Below are positions 26,948 to 36,708 of a DNA stretch of 64,000 nucleotides, piece after piece; within the stretch, counting starts at the first letter, position 1, and each line of letters opens with the position of its first letter. The DNA comes from a virus. The stretch spans positions 49,211-113,210 of the IMG/VR virus record IMGVR_UViG_3300025424_000296; one strand, given 5' to 3'. Below the pieces are notes generated by a model. It was not told the origin of the DNA. It was given only the letters and a program-made list of their open reading frames with translations, and made no database searches. The translations under genes were made by a program, and so were the position numbers.

Positions 26948-27823
26948 TCAAGTGGTTCTTTGATCAACAAGTTCTCTTATTTTTTGTTTGAGAGAGTTGT
27001 CTAATCCAGTTGGCACAGTGATTTTAACTGTAACAATACAATCTCCGCGAGCATGTCCGTTCCCTCTCAAAGGCATTCCGCGCCCGCTAATTTTTAAATT
27101 GGTATCAGGTTGTGTACCCTCTGGTATGGTTAATCTGACTTTTTGACCATCTATACATGTTAAAGTGTGATCACATCCAATAATAGCTGACAATGCATCG
27201 ACAGTTATTTCTGTATGAAGATTTGCTCCGTTCCTGCGGAAAACAGCGTGATTTAAAATCAAAACATTTATGTATAAATCCCCAGGAGGGGCATTTGGTA
27301 TAGATCTATCACCGTGTCCCTGGTAACGTATACGGGTACCATTTTCAATACCAGCTGGTATTTCCACGTTCAAATTGTAATTTTGTCCGTTAACTGTAAA
27401 TTGTATCGGAGTGTGTTTGCCTGTAAATGCTTCTTCCAGTGTTAGATGTAGTTCAAATGTAAAATCTTTGTTACGTGCTTGACGACCGGGATGTCCAAAT
27501 CCGTGTTGATTAAAAAATTGATTAATTATGTCTTCCATACCACCACCGCCAAATTCAAAATTAAAGTTGAATCCGCCGTGTTGGAATGGATTTCCACCTG
27601 GATGCCCGCCGCCGAATTGACGCATTTGGTCATATCTGGCTCTAGCCTCAGGATCGCCTATTTCAGAATAAGCAGTGCTTATTTTTTTAAAGCGTTCTTC
27701 AGCAGCAGCATTACCCTGATTTTTGTCAGGGTGAAACTGCATTGCTAGCTTGCGATAAGCTGATTTTATTTCTTCTTGTGAGGCGTTTTCTGCAACGCCG
27801 AGAGTGCTATAATGATTTTCCAT
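26948..27823 (-). CDS. dnaJ: Class B DnaJ/CbpA-like co-chaperone
   Basis: J domain with HPD, G/F region, no Zn finger, C-terminal substrate-binding domains. Confidence 0.92.
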   Translation of the reverse strand: MENHYSTLGVAENASQEEIKSAYRKLAMQFHPDKNQGNAAAEERFKKISTAYSEIGDPEARARYDQMRQFGGGHPGGNPFQHGGFNFNFEFGGGGMEDIINQFFNQHGFGHPGRQARNKDFTFELHLTLEEAFTGKHTPIQFTVNGQNYNLNVEIPAGIENGTRIRYQGHGDRSIPNAPPGDLYINVLILNHAVFRRNGANLHTEITVDALSAIIGCDHTLTCIDGQKVRLTIPEGTQPDTNLKISGRGMPLRGNGHARGDCIVTVKITVPTGLDNSLKQKIRELVDQRTT

Positions 27824-27910
27824 AGTAAAATAATTATAATATCTTTAACCACACTGTCAATGGTTGATAGATCAAAAGTAAATATTATTACAAAAATTTT
27901 TGAGACTGCT

Positions 27911-28645
27911 ATGACTGATAACACCGATAATACTGATAACGACCTTGATACACAACTAAAAGTTGAAATTAAACCAACTATGTTGCAGATTTTAGTAGAA
28001 TATCTTACTAAAACCAGTCCGGGTTTATTGATATTACACTTATTTTATATCATGATGGTATGTGCATCATTGAGTTTTTCATATGTAATGGCTTTCCATT
28101 GGGCCACAGTTGTTCAAATCTATACAGATGCACACGATGTTAAAGGTTTTAGCAAAAATCTTAAAATGAGTGTGGAAAATGACACTAAGATTGCAGAATT
28201 GTTACACGAAACATTAGACAAAACTGGTGGAATTAGAGCATATGTTTATAGATATCATAATGGTTTAGCTGCTATCAGCAGTGTTCCATTCTTTTTTCAA
28301 ACCAATACACATGAAATTATAGCACCAGGTGGCACCAGACTGTTACCATATGAACAAAGAATTCCAGCTAGTTTTAATATTCTTATCAATAATCAATTTA
28401 TTAAAAATCAATGTGCTATAGTCACTAATACTGATGAGGACAAAGGTAGTAACTATTATTATTTTTGGACCAGTAGAGGAGCAAAATCATTTATACGTTG
28501 TCCAATCTATTTAGATAACGGTGATTTATTCGGATTTGTCGGTGTCGACTATGCAACCAACGGCACTCAACTTAAAAAAGATGCTCAGGACTTGGAAGAA
28601 GTTGCTACACAAATAGGCAATATATTTGAAACTGGTAGAAAATAA
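27911..28645 (+). CDS. TM plus GAF-like protein, possible T4 gp-t-type holin
   Basis: One TM segment followed by RAYVYRYHNG...CPIY...LFGFVGVDY GAF-like pattern; GTAAATA upstream. Confidence 0.55.
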   Translation: MTDNTDNTDNDLDTQLKVEIKPTMLQILVEYLTKTSPGLLILHLFYIMMVCASLSFSYVMAFHWATVVQIYTDAHDVKGFSKNLKMSVENDTKIAELLHETLDKTGGIRAYVYRYHNGLAAISSVPFFFQTNTHEIIAPGGTRLLPYEQRIPASFNILINNQFIKNQCAIVTNTDEDKGSNYYYFWTSRGAKSFIRCPIYLDNGDLFGFVGVDYATNGTQLKKDAQDLEEVATQIGNIFETGRK

Positions 28646-28652
28646 TTTGTTA

Positions 28653-28682
28653 TTGTTAAGCATATTATCATATGCTTAACAA
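28653..28682. promoter_or_regulatory. Perfect 13-bp inverted repeat abutting the operon start codon
   Basis: TTGTTAAGCATAT-TATC-ATATGCTTAACAA, then ATG at 28683. Confidence 0.6.
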
Positions 28683-29732
28683 ATGGATATAATAATACCG
28701 TGTGCTAGTACTGACACAAACTTTCCAAATATGAGACCTAATTACTTGTTAGCTGACTATCTCAGCCGACGAATGTTAGAGTTGGTTGTAGAACCATATC
28801 TATCTAAATATCGTATACATGTTGTAATAACACAACAAGCTCAGGACTCTTATAATGTTGTCAAGGAGTTTGACACTATATTTGGTGATCAAGTTAATGT
28901 AGTAATACTGTCAAAATCTACATCAGGGTCTGCTGAGTCAGCTTATCAAGCATTAATAAAGTTAAATTTAGAATCAACTGCATTTATGATCCGTGAATGT
29001 ACTGGTATGTTTGCACATGATACAGTATTATCTGGTAATATTATTCATGTTGGAAGTCTAAATCACAGCATAAATTTAACAAATATCACCAATAAAGATT
29101 ATGTAAAGGCTAATGGACAGGGTTTCATTAGTTGTATAGCAGAAAAAGAGGTAATTGGTGATTTATTCTGTGCAGGGGGTTATCAATTTGAGTCTGCCAG
29201 AAAATACAAATTAGCTTACACCAATCTTTTAAAATCTAATGTAGATAAAATTTCGATTAAATCAATTGTTGATTACTATAGTGTGTCTTGGGGGGAAGAT
29301 TTTTCAGTAAATAAAGTCAGCGACTTTGTTGATCTAAGTACTATACAAGATTGGGAAGCTTTTAACGATCGTCCTACAATATTTTGTGACATAGATGGAA
29401 CTATTATACACAATCAAACACCTTATGGCGATAATAACTACGGTGCAACGCCCACAGTGTTAGAAAAGAATGTACAAACATTGAGACACTTTTTAATAAG
29501 AGGCAGTCAGATCATATTTACTACGTCAAGAACCACCAAGTGGTATGCTGAGACTAGACAAATGCTAGATAGTTTGGGTTTTCACAACTGCCAGTTGATT
29601 ATGGATTTACATCATGCAAGAAGAATATTAATAAATGATCATGCACTTACTAACCCTTATCCTAGTGCTGTTGCAATTAATATCAGACGCAATGATGACT
29701 CGTTGGATCAAATGATTGGCAAGAGGAACTAA
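28683..29732 (+). CDS. Degenerate nucleotidyltransferase fused to HAD phosphatase
   Basis: IIIPCA N-terminus lacking GxGxR, AEKEVI; C-terminal FCDIDGT, FTTSR, RILIND. Confidence 0.75.
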   Translation: MDIIIPCASTDTNFPNMRPNYLLADYLSRRMLELVVEPYLSKYRIHVVITQQAQDSYNVVKEFDTIFGDQVNVVILSKSTSGSAESAYQALIKLNLESTAFMIRECTGMFAHDTVLSGNIIHVGSLNHSINLTNITNKDYVKANGQGFISCIAEKEVIGDLFCAGGYQFESARKYKLAYTNLLKSNVDKISIKSIVDYYSVSWGEDFSVNKVSDFVDLSTIQDWEAFNDRPTIFCDIDGTIIHNQTPYGDNNYGATPTVLEKNVQTLRHFLIRGSQIIFTTSRTTKWYAETRQMLDSLGFHNCQLIMDLHHARRILINDHALTNPYPSAVAINIRRNDDSLDQMIGKRN

Positions 29733-29734
29733 TT

Positions 29735-30457
29735 ATGCAGATTCTTATCCCAATGGCCGGTGCTGGCAGCAGATTTGCAAAAGTAGGATATTCAAAACCA
29801 AAGCCATTAATAGACGTTGATGGTCTTCCGATGATCTCTAGAGTTATTGATAATCTTGGACCAGACAATGATTATATTTTCATAGTACAAAAATCGGTTC
29901 TAGATGATTATGAAAAAGATTTAATTTCAGCTACTGATTTTGCAAAATCTAGTAAATTTTTAATTGCTAATGGATTAACAGAGGGTGCTGCACAAACCTG
30001 CTTACTAGCCAAAGACTCGTTGGATATGGATTCTCCATTAATGATTGCCAATTGTGATCAAATTATGGATTGGAATTATGATCATTTTTACAAATGGTTT
30101 GACACAACATTTAGTGACGGATCAATAATCACTTTCTCAAGCATAGAACCTAACAATAGTTATGTAACTCTGAGAGAGGACGGATATATATTAGAAGCAC
30201 AAGAAAAAATAGTTATATCAGACATAGCTACCACAGGTGTTTATATATGGCGACAAGCACGAGATTTTATGGTATCAGCTGAGGAAATGATATCAAAAAA
30301 TATCAGATATAATAATGAATTTTATGTATGTCCTGTTTATAATCAAATTGTAGAGAAGGGCAAGTTAATTAACGTTTATCATATTAAAAGTCACTGGCCG
30401 ATCGGAACACCAGAAGATTTAGAAATATATTTGAAGCATAGACATGAAAGAATATAG
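29735..30457 (+). CDS. Sugar-phosphate nucleotidyltransferase-like protein
   Basis: IPMAGAGSRF, PKPLI, TEGAA, NCDQ, EK.VIS, EFYVCPVYN, GTPEDL. Confidence 0.85.
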   Translation: MQILIPMAGAGSRFAKVGYSKPKPLIDVDGLPMISRVIDNLGPDNDYIFIVQKSVLDDYEKDLISATDFAKSSKFLIANGLTEGAAQTCLLAKDSLDMDSPLMIANCDQIMDWNYDHFYKWFDTTFSDGSIITFSSIEPNNSYVTLREDGYILEAQEKIVISDIATTGVYIWRQARDFMVSAEEMISKNIRYNNEFYVCPVYNQIVEKGKLINVYHIKSHWPIGTPEDLEIYLKHRHERI

Positions 30458-30773
30458 TGTAGAACAATTTAAATTAGGATGGTTTATCGGAGACTTCGAA
30501 CCCAGTGTCCTCCGAACATCTGACTTTGAAGTCTGTTATAGAATCCAGAAAAAAGGCGAGATACATAAACCACATGTTCATCCCATTGGCACAGAGTATA
30601 ACTATCTTATTCGAGGCGAAATGACAGTAAATGGTAAAAAGTTTATAGGACCTGTTATATTTGTTATAGAACCCGGGGAAGCTGTTTATCCAACGATGGA
30701 CACAGACTGCGAGTTAATTATAGTTAAGACTCCTAGCTTAGTTACAGATAAGATATTGGTAGAAGACCTATGA
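30444..30773 (+). CDS. Cupin-domain protein
   Basis: GWFIGDF.P, HVH...EYNYLIRG, VKTPS. Confidence 0.75.
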   Translation: MKEYSVEQFKLGWFIGDFEPSVLRTSDFEVCYRIQKKGEIHKPHVHPIGTEYNYLIRGEMTVNGKKFIGPVIFVIEPGEAVYPTMDTDCELIIVKTPSLVTDKILVEDL

Positions 30774-31903
30774 ATATTATAATTAATACAAAAGATCTTA
30801 AAAAGTATTTTTGGGTAAAGTATTGGGTATCATCAAAAACGGATCTCAATACCGCAGCACATGAAATAGCCATTGGACAGAGTATAGGTAACCCAAACAA
30901 ACGTAGTCTCTGGGAAACTGATACAATGATCAACGACTATTGTAATAAGATATTAGATACAGGTAACCTTGACCAGCCACAGGGCTATGTAGAAATAGGT
31001 TTTCCTTATGAACTATTAGATTGGCAAGAAGATGGTATAAGTCAACTGCTTTGTGTAATCATGGGCGGGCAAATGGATATTGACAACATAACCAGTTGTC
31101 GTGCAACTGATATTGAATTTGATGATAGTGTAATTGCTCCCTATTTTCTCGGTCCGCAGTTTGGTATTAGTGGTATAAGAAATCGGGTAAAAGTCCATAA
31201 CAAACCCCTATTTGGCGGTATTATTAAACCAAAAACTGGTATTACACCCAACCAGTTACTAGACATGACCAAAGAGTTAGTAGAGGGCGGTGTAAACTTT
31301 ATTAAGGAAGATGAGATACTGGGAAATCCTAGTGTTTGTAGACTACGGGATCGTGTTCCACTTATATCAAAATATTTACAGGATAAAAATGTAATCTACT
31401 GCTACTGTATAAATAGTGATCCTTTATATGTATTAGACCGAGCTAAATTTGTTGCAGAAAATGGCGGCAACGGTGTTCATGTAAATGTATGGAGCGGTCT
31501 AGGTGTTTATAAAAGTATTAGAGATTTAGATCTACCACTTTTCATACACTATCAAAAAAGTGGTGATAGAACTTTTACAAATAGTTTGCATGACTTTAAC
31601 ATAAGCTGGGATATATTGTGTAAACTTGCAGGCATGTGCGGAGTTGACTTTATACATGCCGGAATGTGGGGAGGATATTTGAGTAATACAGACGACGAGC
31701 TACATCGCACATTAGGCATACTTAGAAGTCTCGGTGTAATGCCTGCATTAAGTTGCGGAATGCATGCGGGATTAATAGCACCTATCACTGAAAGATTTGG
31801 TACAGATTGGATGGCAAACGTAGGCGGTGCAATACATGCAGATCCCGGTGGTACTCGTGCTGGTAGTTTACGAATAAAACATGCCATTGAGAATCTAAAA
31901 TGA
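30770..31903 (+). CDS. RuBisCO-like protein (form IV)
   Basis: GPQFGI.G.R, GGIIKPKTG, GGVNFIKEDE, GVDFIHAG, SCGMH, GGAIH.DP.G..AG. Confidence 0.9.
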   Translation: MNIIINTKDLKKYFWVKYWVSSKTDLNTAAHEIAIGQSIGNPNKRSLWETDTMINDYCNKILDTGNLDQPQGYVEIGFPYELLDWQEDGISQLLCVIMGGQMDIDNITSCRATDIEFDDSVIAPYFLGPQFGISGIRNRVKVHNKPLFGGIIKPKTGITPNQLLDMTKELVEGGVNFIKEDEILGNPSVCRLRDRVPLISKYLQDKNVIYCYCINSDPLYVLDRAKFVAENGGNGVHVNVWSGLGVYKSIRDLDLPLFIHYQKSGDRTFTNSLHDFNISWDILCKLAGMCGVDFIHAGMWGGYLSNTDDELHRTLGILRSLGVMPALSCGMHAGLIAPITERFGTDWMANVGGAIHADPGGTRAGSLRIKHAIENLK

Positions 31904-32370
31904 AATTAATTTCACACCGAGGTTTGATAAATGGGCCAGATTTGCAATTGGAAAATACCGAGGATGCTATAACACAATGTTTGTTAAAAGGTCTTGAAGT
32001 AGAAGTAGATGTGTGGTTCAACGAAGATAGTAGCACTTGGTGGTTAGGTCACGATTTTCCTCAGTATAAAACTTCAAGAGATTTCGTATTCCAACTTGGG
32101 TTATGGATACACGCTAAAAATTTTGCAGCAGCTAAAGAATTAAATTCGTGTTGGAAGTCTGGCAATGTACATCTCAATTATTTTTGGCATGAGAATGACC
32201 ATAGAACATTGACAAGTCTCGGATATTGGTGGACATTTCCGCAACAAGAACTCGGTCCTACTAGTGTAGCAGTAATGCCAGAAAGATATACGCTATTAAC
32301 CGATTTACATTTATGTGTTACATGGAATTGTTATGGTGTATGCAGTGATTATATTAATAAACTGATATAA
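31900..32370 (+). CDS. Short GDPD/PLC-like phosphodiesterase
   Basis: LISHRG, EN, VEVDVW, LGHD, WIHAKN, GVCSD. Confidence 0.75.
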   Translation: MKLISHRGLINGPDLQLENTEDAITQCLLKGLEVEVDVWFNEDSSTWWLGHDFPQYKTSRDFVFQLGLWIHAKNFAAAKELNSCWKSGNVHLNYFWHENDHRTLTSLGYWWTFPQQELGPTSVAVMPERYTLLTDLHLCVTWNCYGVCSDYINKLI

Positions 32371-32449
32371 TAAAATTTATCAATATTATTGATAAAAATT
32401 GAATAATTACCGTATAATTAAAGCATAATTTATTGGAGACTTAAATTCC

Positions 32450-33694
32450 ATGTCAAAAATTGATTTGTCTACATATGAACAAGATCCTAGTAATCCTTCA
32501 GAAATATTGAATATAGCTGGGCACTGTGCTGAGCAGGGACAACATGATTCTGCCATGTTATTTGCTGAATCAGTTTATAGGATGAATAATCTGTCAAATG
32601 AAGTAAAGGTACAAGCATTAGAACGTTTTGCAATATCCGGTTTCTATAGTAAAATACCTTCTAGAAAACTATTAGGTAAACAGGCCTGCGAATTATTAGC
32701 CATGAACAAAGATATTAACTGGAATACCAGATATGTAGCTGGTCAAAATAGCACTTGGTATGCAAGTTCATCTAATGAATTATTTTCCAACACTGTATTG
32801 AAGCATTTAGACTTTACACCGCCAGACGATTATCTTCCATTAAACCCATCTATATACAGGTGGGGTAATCAGTTATGGATGATACAACGTACGGTGAATT
32901 ATGTTATAACTCCAAGCGGTCATTATGACATGCGCGGTGACACCGCCATAAGAACTCGTAATTGGTTGTTGAAATTAAATTCTGATCTAACGGTACATAG
33001 TGCTAGAGAAATATTACCGCCAGTTGATCTTCCAGAACCACTTTATAATTTAGTAATTGGTTTTGAAGACAATAGACTATTTGTGTGGCAAGATCAGCTA
33101 TGGTGTACGTCAACTGTCAGGGAATTAAACCAACCGGGTAATTGCGAAATAGTACTATCAAGAATAGATGATACTGAAGACGGTAAGTGTCGATATAGTA
33201 ACTGGAGAGTTATACATCCAAAGGGTGTGGAATTTCAACATCAAAAAAATTGGATGCCTGTAGTAATAAATCAAGATCTAAGATTTATATATAGCAGTGA
33301 TCCTGTTAGAATCATTGATGACCAAGGTGAAATAGTTATGCAGCACGAAGCTGTTGATGCCACTGATAGTTTCAGAGGCGGGTCACAAGCTATTAGATTT
33401 AATAATGGGTGGTTGGCTATAATACATGAAAGCCATATGATGCCCGATCAACGTCGTAGATACATGCATCGATTTGTATGGTATAATGAAAATTTTGATT
33501 TAGCAGCTTATACGCCGGCATTTTATATAGCCAAACTTGGTATTGAATTTGCAGCAGGAATAGCAGAACATCCACTTACTAACAAAATAATTGTAAGCTT
33601 TGGATTAGCAGACAACGAAAGCTGGTTAGCTGAATTTGAACCAGTTTCGATACTTGCTGCATTAAAATATATCAAAAGAAAAGAATCAAACTGA
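32450..33694 (+). CDS. Helical N-terminus plus GH130-like beta-propeller protein
   Basis: NPSI, GFEDNRLF, QKNWMP, FRGGSQ, YMHRFV, IEFAAG. Confidence 0.7.
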   Translation: MSKIDLSTYEQDPSNPSEILNIAGHCAEQGQHDSAMLFAESVYRMNNLSNEVKVQALERFAISGFYSKIPSRKLLGKQACELLAMNKDINWNTRYVAGQNSTWYASSSNELFSNTVLKHLDFTPPDDYLPLNPSIYRWGNQLWMIQRTVNYVITPSGHYDMRGDTAIRTRNWLLKLNSDLTVHSAREILPPVDLPEPLYNLVIGFEDNRLFVWQDQLWCTSTVRELNQPGNCEIVLSRIDDTEDGKCRYSNWRVIHPKGVEFQHQKNWMPVVINQDLRFIYSSDPVRIIDDQGEIVMQHEAVDATDSFRGGSQAIRFNNGWLAIIHESHMMPDQRRRYMHRFVWYNENFDLAAYTPAFYIAKLGIEFAAGIAEHPLTNKIIVSFGLADNESWLAEFEPVSILAALKYIKRKESN

Positions 33695-33695
33695 T

Positions 33696-35612
33696 ATGAA
33701 TGACATAGAAACAAAGTCTCCATTAGAAGATCCTCAGGTACTATTAGGGATATGTCAATATTTCGATTCAAAAGATAAACACAATGATGTTATGAAAATC
33801 TATGAACAGTCAATGCCTATACCTCAGTTGGATAGCGTAAAAACAGACTTTCTTCGATTAGCAGCGGTCAGTGGATTTTACAGTGATTTAGACTACTATA
33901 AAAAACTAGGTAAAGAAGCTAGCGAACAGTTAATGTCTAGCCGTAAAGTTTCTGCCACTGATAGAGACTTTGCAAGGCGTAACGGTACTTGGTACAATAA
34001 TCTAATCAAAGATCTCATTCCGTCTGCCATTTTAAAAAAGATTGAATTCAATTGTCCAGTTGGATATCGTTCAACTACTCCGAGTATCACATCCCATGGT
34101 GGTAAAATATGGATGTTACAACGGTCAATAAATCTACACGATGAGAATTATAATTTTGTTGATCCGGATGCAATATGGTGGTGTACAAAAAATTACATAC
34201 TACAACTAGATAATGATTTGAATGTTGTATATAGTGAAGAAATTAAACCGCCTGCTGATATGCAATTACCTGTTAGAGGTTTTGAAGATGCAAGACTGTT
34301 TTTTCTAGGCAACGAACTTTGGTGTTCGTGCTCATCATTAGATTTCAACGAAAACGGTGTATCTCAAATGCTTACAACTAGAATAGACGGTATAGGAACA
34401 GGAGATTGCAGATTCACTAACTATCAAGTAATGAAACCCAATTTTGGTTATGGTCAAGTTGAAAAAAATTGGATGCCGTTTGTCGAAAACAATTTACCAT
34501 ATTTCATATACAATTGTGATCCTGTGATCATAGTAGATAATAACGGTCACCTGATTGATTCTCGAGCAACACATATTGCTGCTGAAAGTTATAGGGGCGG
34601 TACTCAATTATTGGAATTCGATGATGGGTATCTGGCATTGATACATGAATCACTGGACATGGATTGGGGTGTTCGTCGTTATATGCATAGATTTGTTTGG
34701 TTTAATAGAAGTTTACAACTGACAAAGTATAGCAATTATTTTTCAATTGATGAAATAACATTAGAAGTTAGTGTTGAATTTGCTGCTGGTATAACTGTTC
34801 ATCCAATAACAGATAAATTACTGATAAGTTTTGGTAAAAATGAGTTAGAGACATGGATTGTAACAGTTGATCCAGATGATGTAAGAAATGTATTGAAGCC
34901 GGCTGGTTTAGCCTGTGAAAGATTGCCATTTGATGCAGAAACATTAAAACTATTGGAATATGAAACCAACAGAGCACTTAAAGATACCGCTACGGTAGAA
35001 AAATTTACTAATTTATTAAAAAAATATAACCTGCCATTACACGTAACACCGCAGAAAAATTGGGATAACTTGATTGCAATATATCATACAGTGCTAACCA
35101 CTGACGTTGATACTCCCATAATGGATATAGCAGGAACAGCTGACTCGGCATATCTTCCAAGCTTGTATAAATTTGGTTACAGAGATTTAACCAGTATTAA
35201 CCTGTCAGAACATGAACCTGTATTAAAAGATGGTGTTGTATATCAATACGGGGACTGTACTAACACAGGTTTCCCTGATGAATACTTTGGATTTATATCT
35301 TGTCTAAGTGTTATCGAACATGGTGTAGATATTGATGGATTCTTCAGAGAATCACATAGAATACTAAAGAAAAAAGGTAGATTGTTTGTTAGTACAGATT
35401 ACTGGCAGCATCCTGTCAATACGTTTGGCAAAATGGCATATTGGAACCCAGTTGTAATATTTGATGCAGCAGGAATAAGTGACATGGTTGCTAAAGCAGA
35501 AGCACACGGATTTGAATTAACTGGACCAGCGGATTTAACTTGTTATGACAAGGCAGTACACTGGGACGAAATGGACTACACATTTATTAATTTGTTGTTC
35601 AGCAAACGGTAA
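33696..35612 (+). CDS. Paralogous beta-propeller fused to a SAM methyltransferase domain
   Basis: GFEDARLF, EKNWMP, YRGGTQ, YMHRFV; C-terminal MDIAG, SCLSVIEHG, RILKKKG. Confidence 0.7.
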   Translation: MNDIETKSPLEDPQVLLGICQYFDSKDKHNDVMKIYEQSMPIPQLDSVKTDFLRLAAVSGFYSDLDYYKKLGKEASEQLMSSRKVSATDRDFARRNGTWYNNLIKDLIPSAILKKIEFNCPVGYRSTTPSITSHGGKIWMLQRSINLHDENYNFVDPDAIWWCTKNYILQLDNDLNVVYSEEIKPPADMQLPVRGFEDARLFFLGNELWCSCSSLDFNENGVSQMLTTRIDGIGTGDCRFTNYQVMKPNFGYGQVEKNWMPFVENNLPYFIYNCDPVIIVDNNGHLIDSRATHIAAESYRGGTQLLEFDDGYLALIHESLDMDWGVRRYMHRFVWFNRSLQLTKYSNYFSIDEITLEVSVEFAAGITVHPITDKLLISFGKNELETWIVTVDPDDVRNVLKPAGLACERLPFDAETLKLLEYETNRALKDTATVEKFTNLLKKYNLPLHVTPQKNWDNLIAIYHTVLTTDVDTPIMDIAGTADSAYLPSLYKFGYRDLTSINLSEHEPVLKDGVVYQYGDCTNTGFPDEYFGFISCLSVIEHGVDIDGFFRESHRILKKKGRLFVSTDYWQHPVNTFGKMAYWNPVVIFDAAGISDMVAKAEAHGFELTGPADLTCYDKAVHWDEMDYTFINLLFSKR

Positions 35613-35628
35613 TTTAATGGAGACTTAG

Positions 35629-36708
35629 ATGAGTACAAAGAAATTAAGAATCGGTGTTTACTGCCCTGCTAAAAATGAATTAAAGCATGTAGAACCCTGG
35701 TATGAAAGTTGCAGGAATGCTGATGTTGTAGTATGTGCTGATACGGGTAGCACAGACGGTACAAAAGAAAAGATGTTGGAACTTGGAGTAAAAGTAACCG
35801 ATTTAAGAATACTACCGTGGCGGTTTGACGACGCATTTAATTTTGCAATGGCATTGTTACCTGACGATATTGATGTTTGCATACGATTAGATTTGGATGA
35901 ACGTCTGCAGCCTGGTTGGCGGGCTGCACTTGAAGCAGCATGGACCCCTGAGACTACTCGTTTACGTTATCCATATGTTTGGAATTGGAACCCAGATGGT
36001 TCTCCCGGACGTCAATGGTACGGAGACCGTATTCATCATAGAAATGGTTTTCGTTGGATGGGAGCAACTCATGAGGGGCTGTGTTCTAGAATACATGAAG
36101 TACAGACATTTACGGACGATGTTAAAATATATCAATATCCAGATGCCAAGGATAAGAAGCATGATCTTCCTCTGTTATTAGAAGCAACTAAAGAGTATCC
36201 AACTGATGCAAGATTGCGGGCATATCTGGGTAGAGAATATTTTTATAGAGGAGAAAATGACAAGGCAGTTGAAACTTATAAAGAGTTTCTTGGCATGAGC
36301 TGGGACAAGATTGAACGAGGTCAGGCTATGATTAACCTATCAAATGCAGATCCAAAAAATAAAGTATTTTGGTTAAAGATGGCTATTATAGAAACACCCG
36401 GTCATAGAGAACCATTAACAAATCTATCTCAGCATTATTATAATAATGAGGATTGGACCAAGTGTTACAAGTATGCTATGGATGCCTTAAAGATCACAAA
36501 ACATCCTATGGATTATACTTGCACACCAGAAGCCTGGGGATACTTGCCGCATGATTTAGCCAGTATTTCTGCTTGGCATCTTGGTTTATATAAAGAAAGT
36601 ATGGAACAGGCAAAATTAGCACTAGAACGTAGTCCAAATGACAAACGATTAGAGAATAATCTTAAGATTGTGGAAGAATTCATGAATGAACGATTAACTA
36701 ACGAGTAA
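35629..36708 (+). CDS. GT2 glycosyltransferase with TPR domain
   Basis: KNE, DTGSTDGT, WRFD, LDLDE, THE; TPR-like C-terminus. Confidence 0.88.
   Translation: MSTKKLRIGVYCPAKNELKHVEPWYESCRNADVVVCADTGSTDGTKEKMLELGVKVTDLRILPWRFDDAFNFAMALLPDDIDVCIRLDLDERLQPGWRAALEAAWTPETTRLRYPYVWNWNPDGSPGRQWYGDRIHHRNGFRWMGATHEGLCSRIHEVQTFTDDVKIYQYPDAKDKKHDLPLLLEATKEYPTDARLRAYLGREYFYRGENDKAVETYKEFLGMSWDKIERGQAMINLSNADPKNKVFWLKMAIIETPGHREPLTNLSQHYYNNEDWTKCYKYAMDALKITKHPMDYTCTPEAWGYLPHDLASISAWHLGLYKESMEQAKLALERSPNDKRLENNLKIVEEFMNERLTNE

Noticed and set aside
4317-27823. Bacterial chromosome or host contamination because of housekeeping-like genes
   Set aside because: These genes are isolated from their usual operons, share AT-rich codon usage and phage promoter motifs, and are interleaved with virion genes.
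30770-31903. CO2-fixing RuBisCO
   Set aside because: Short (377 aa), lacks the H.HRA substrate-binding motif, and no small subunit or phosphoribulokinase is nearby; form IV-like.
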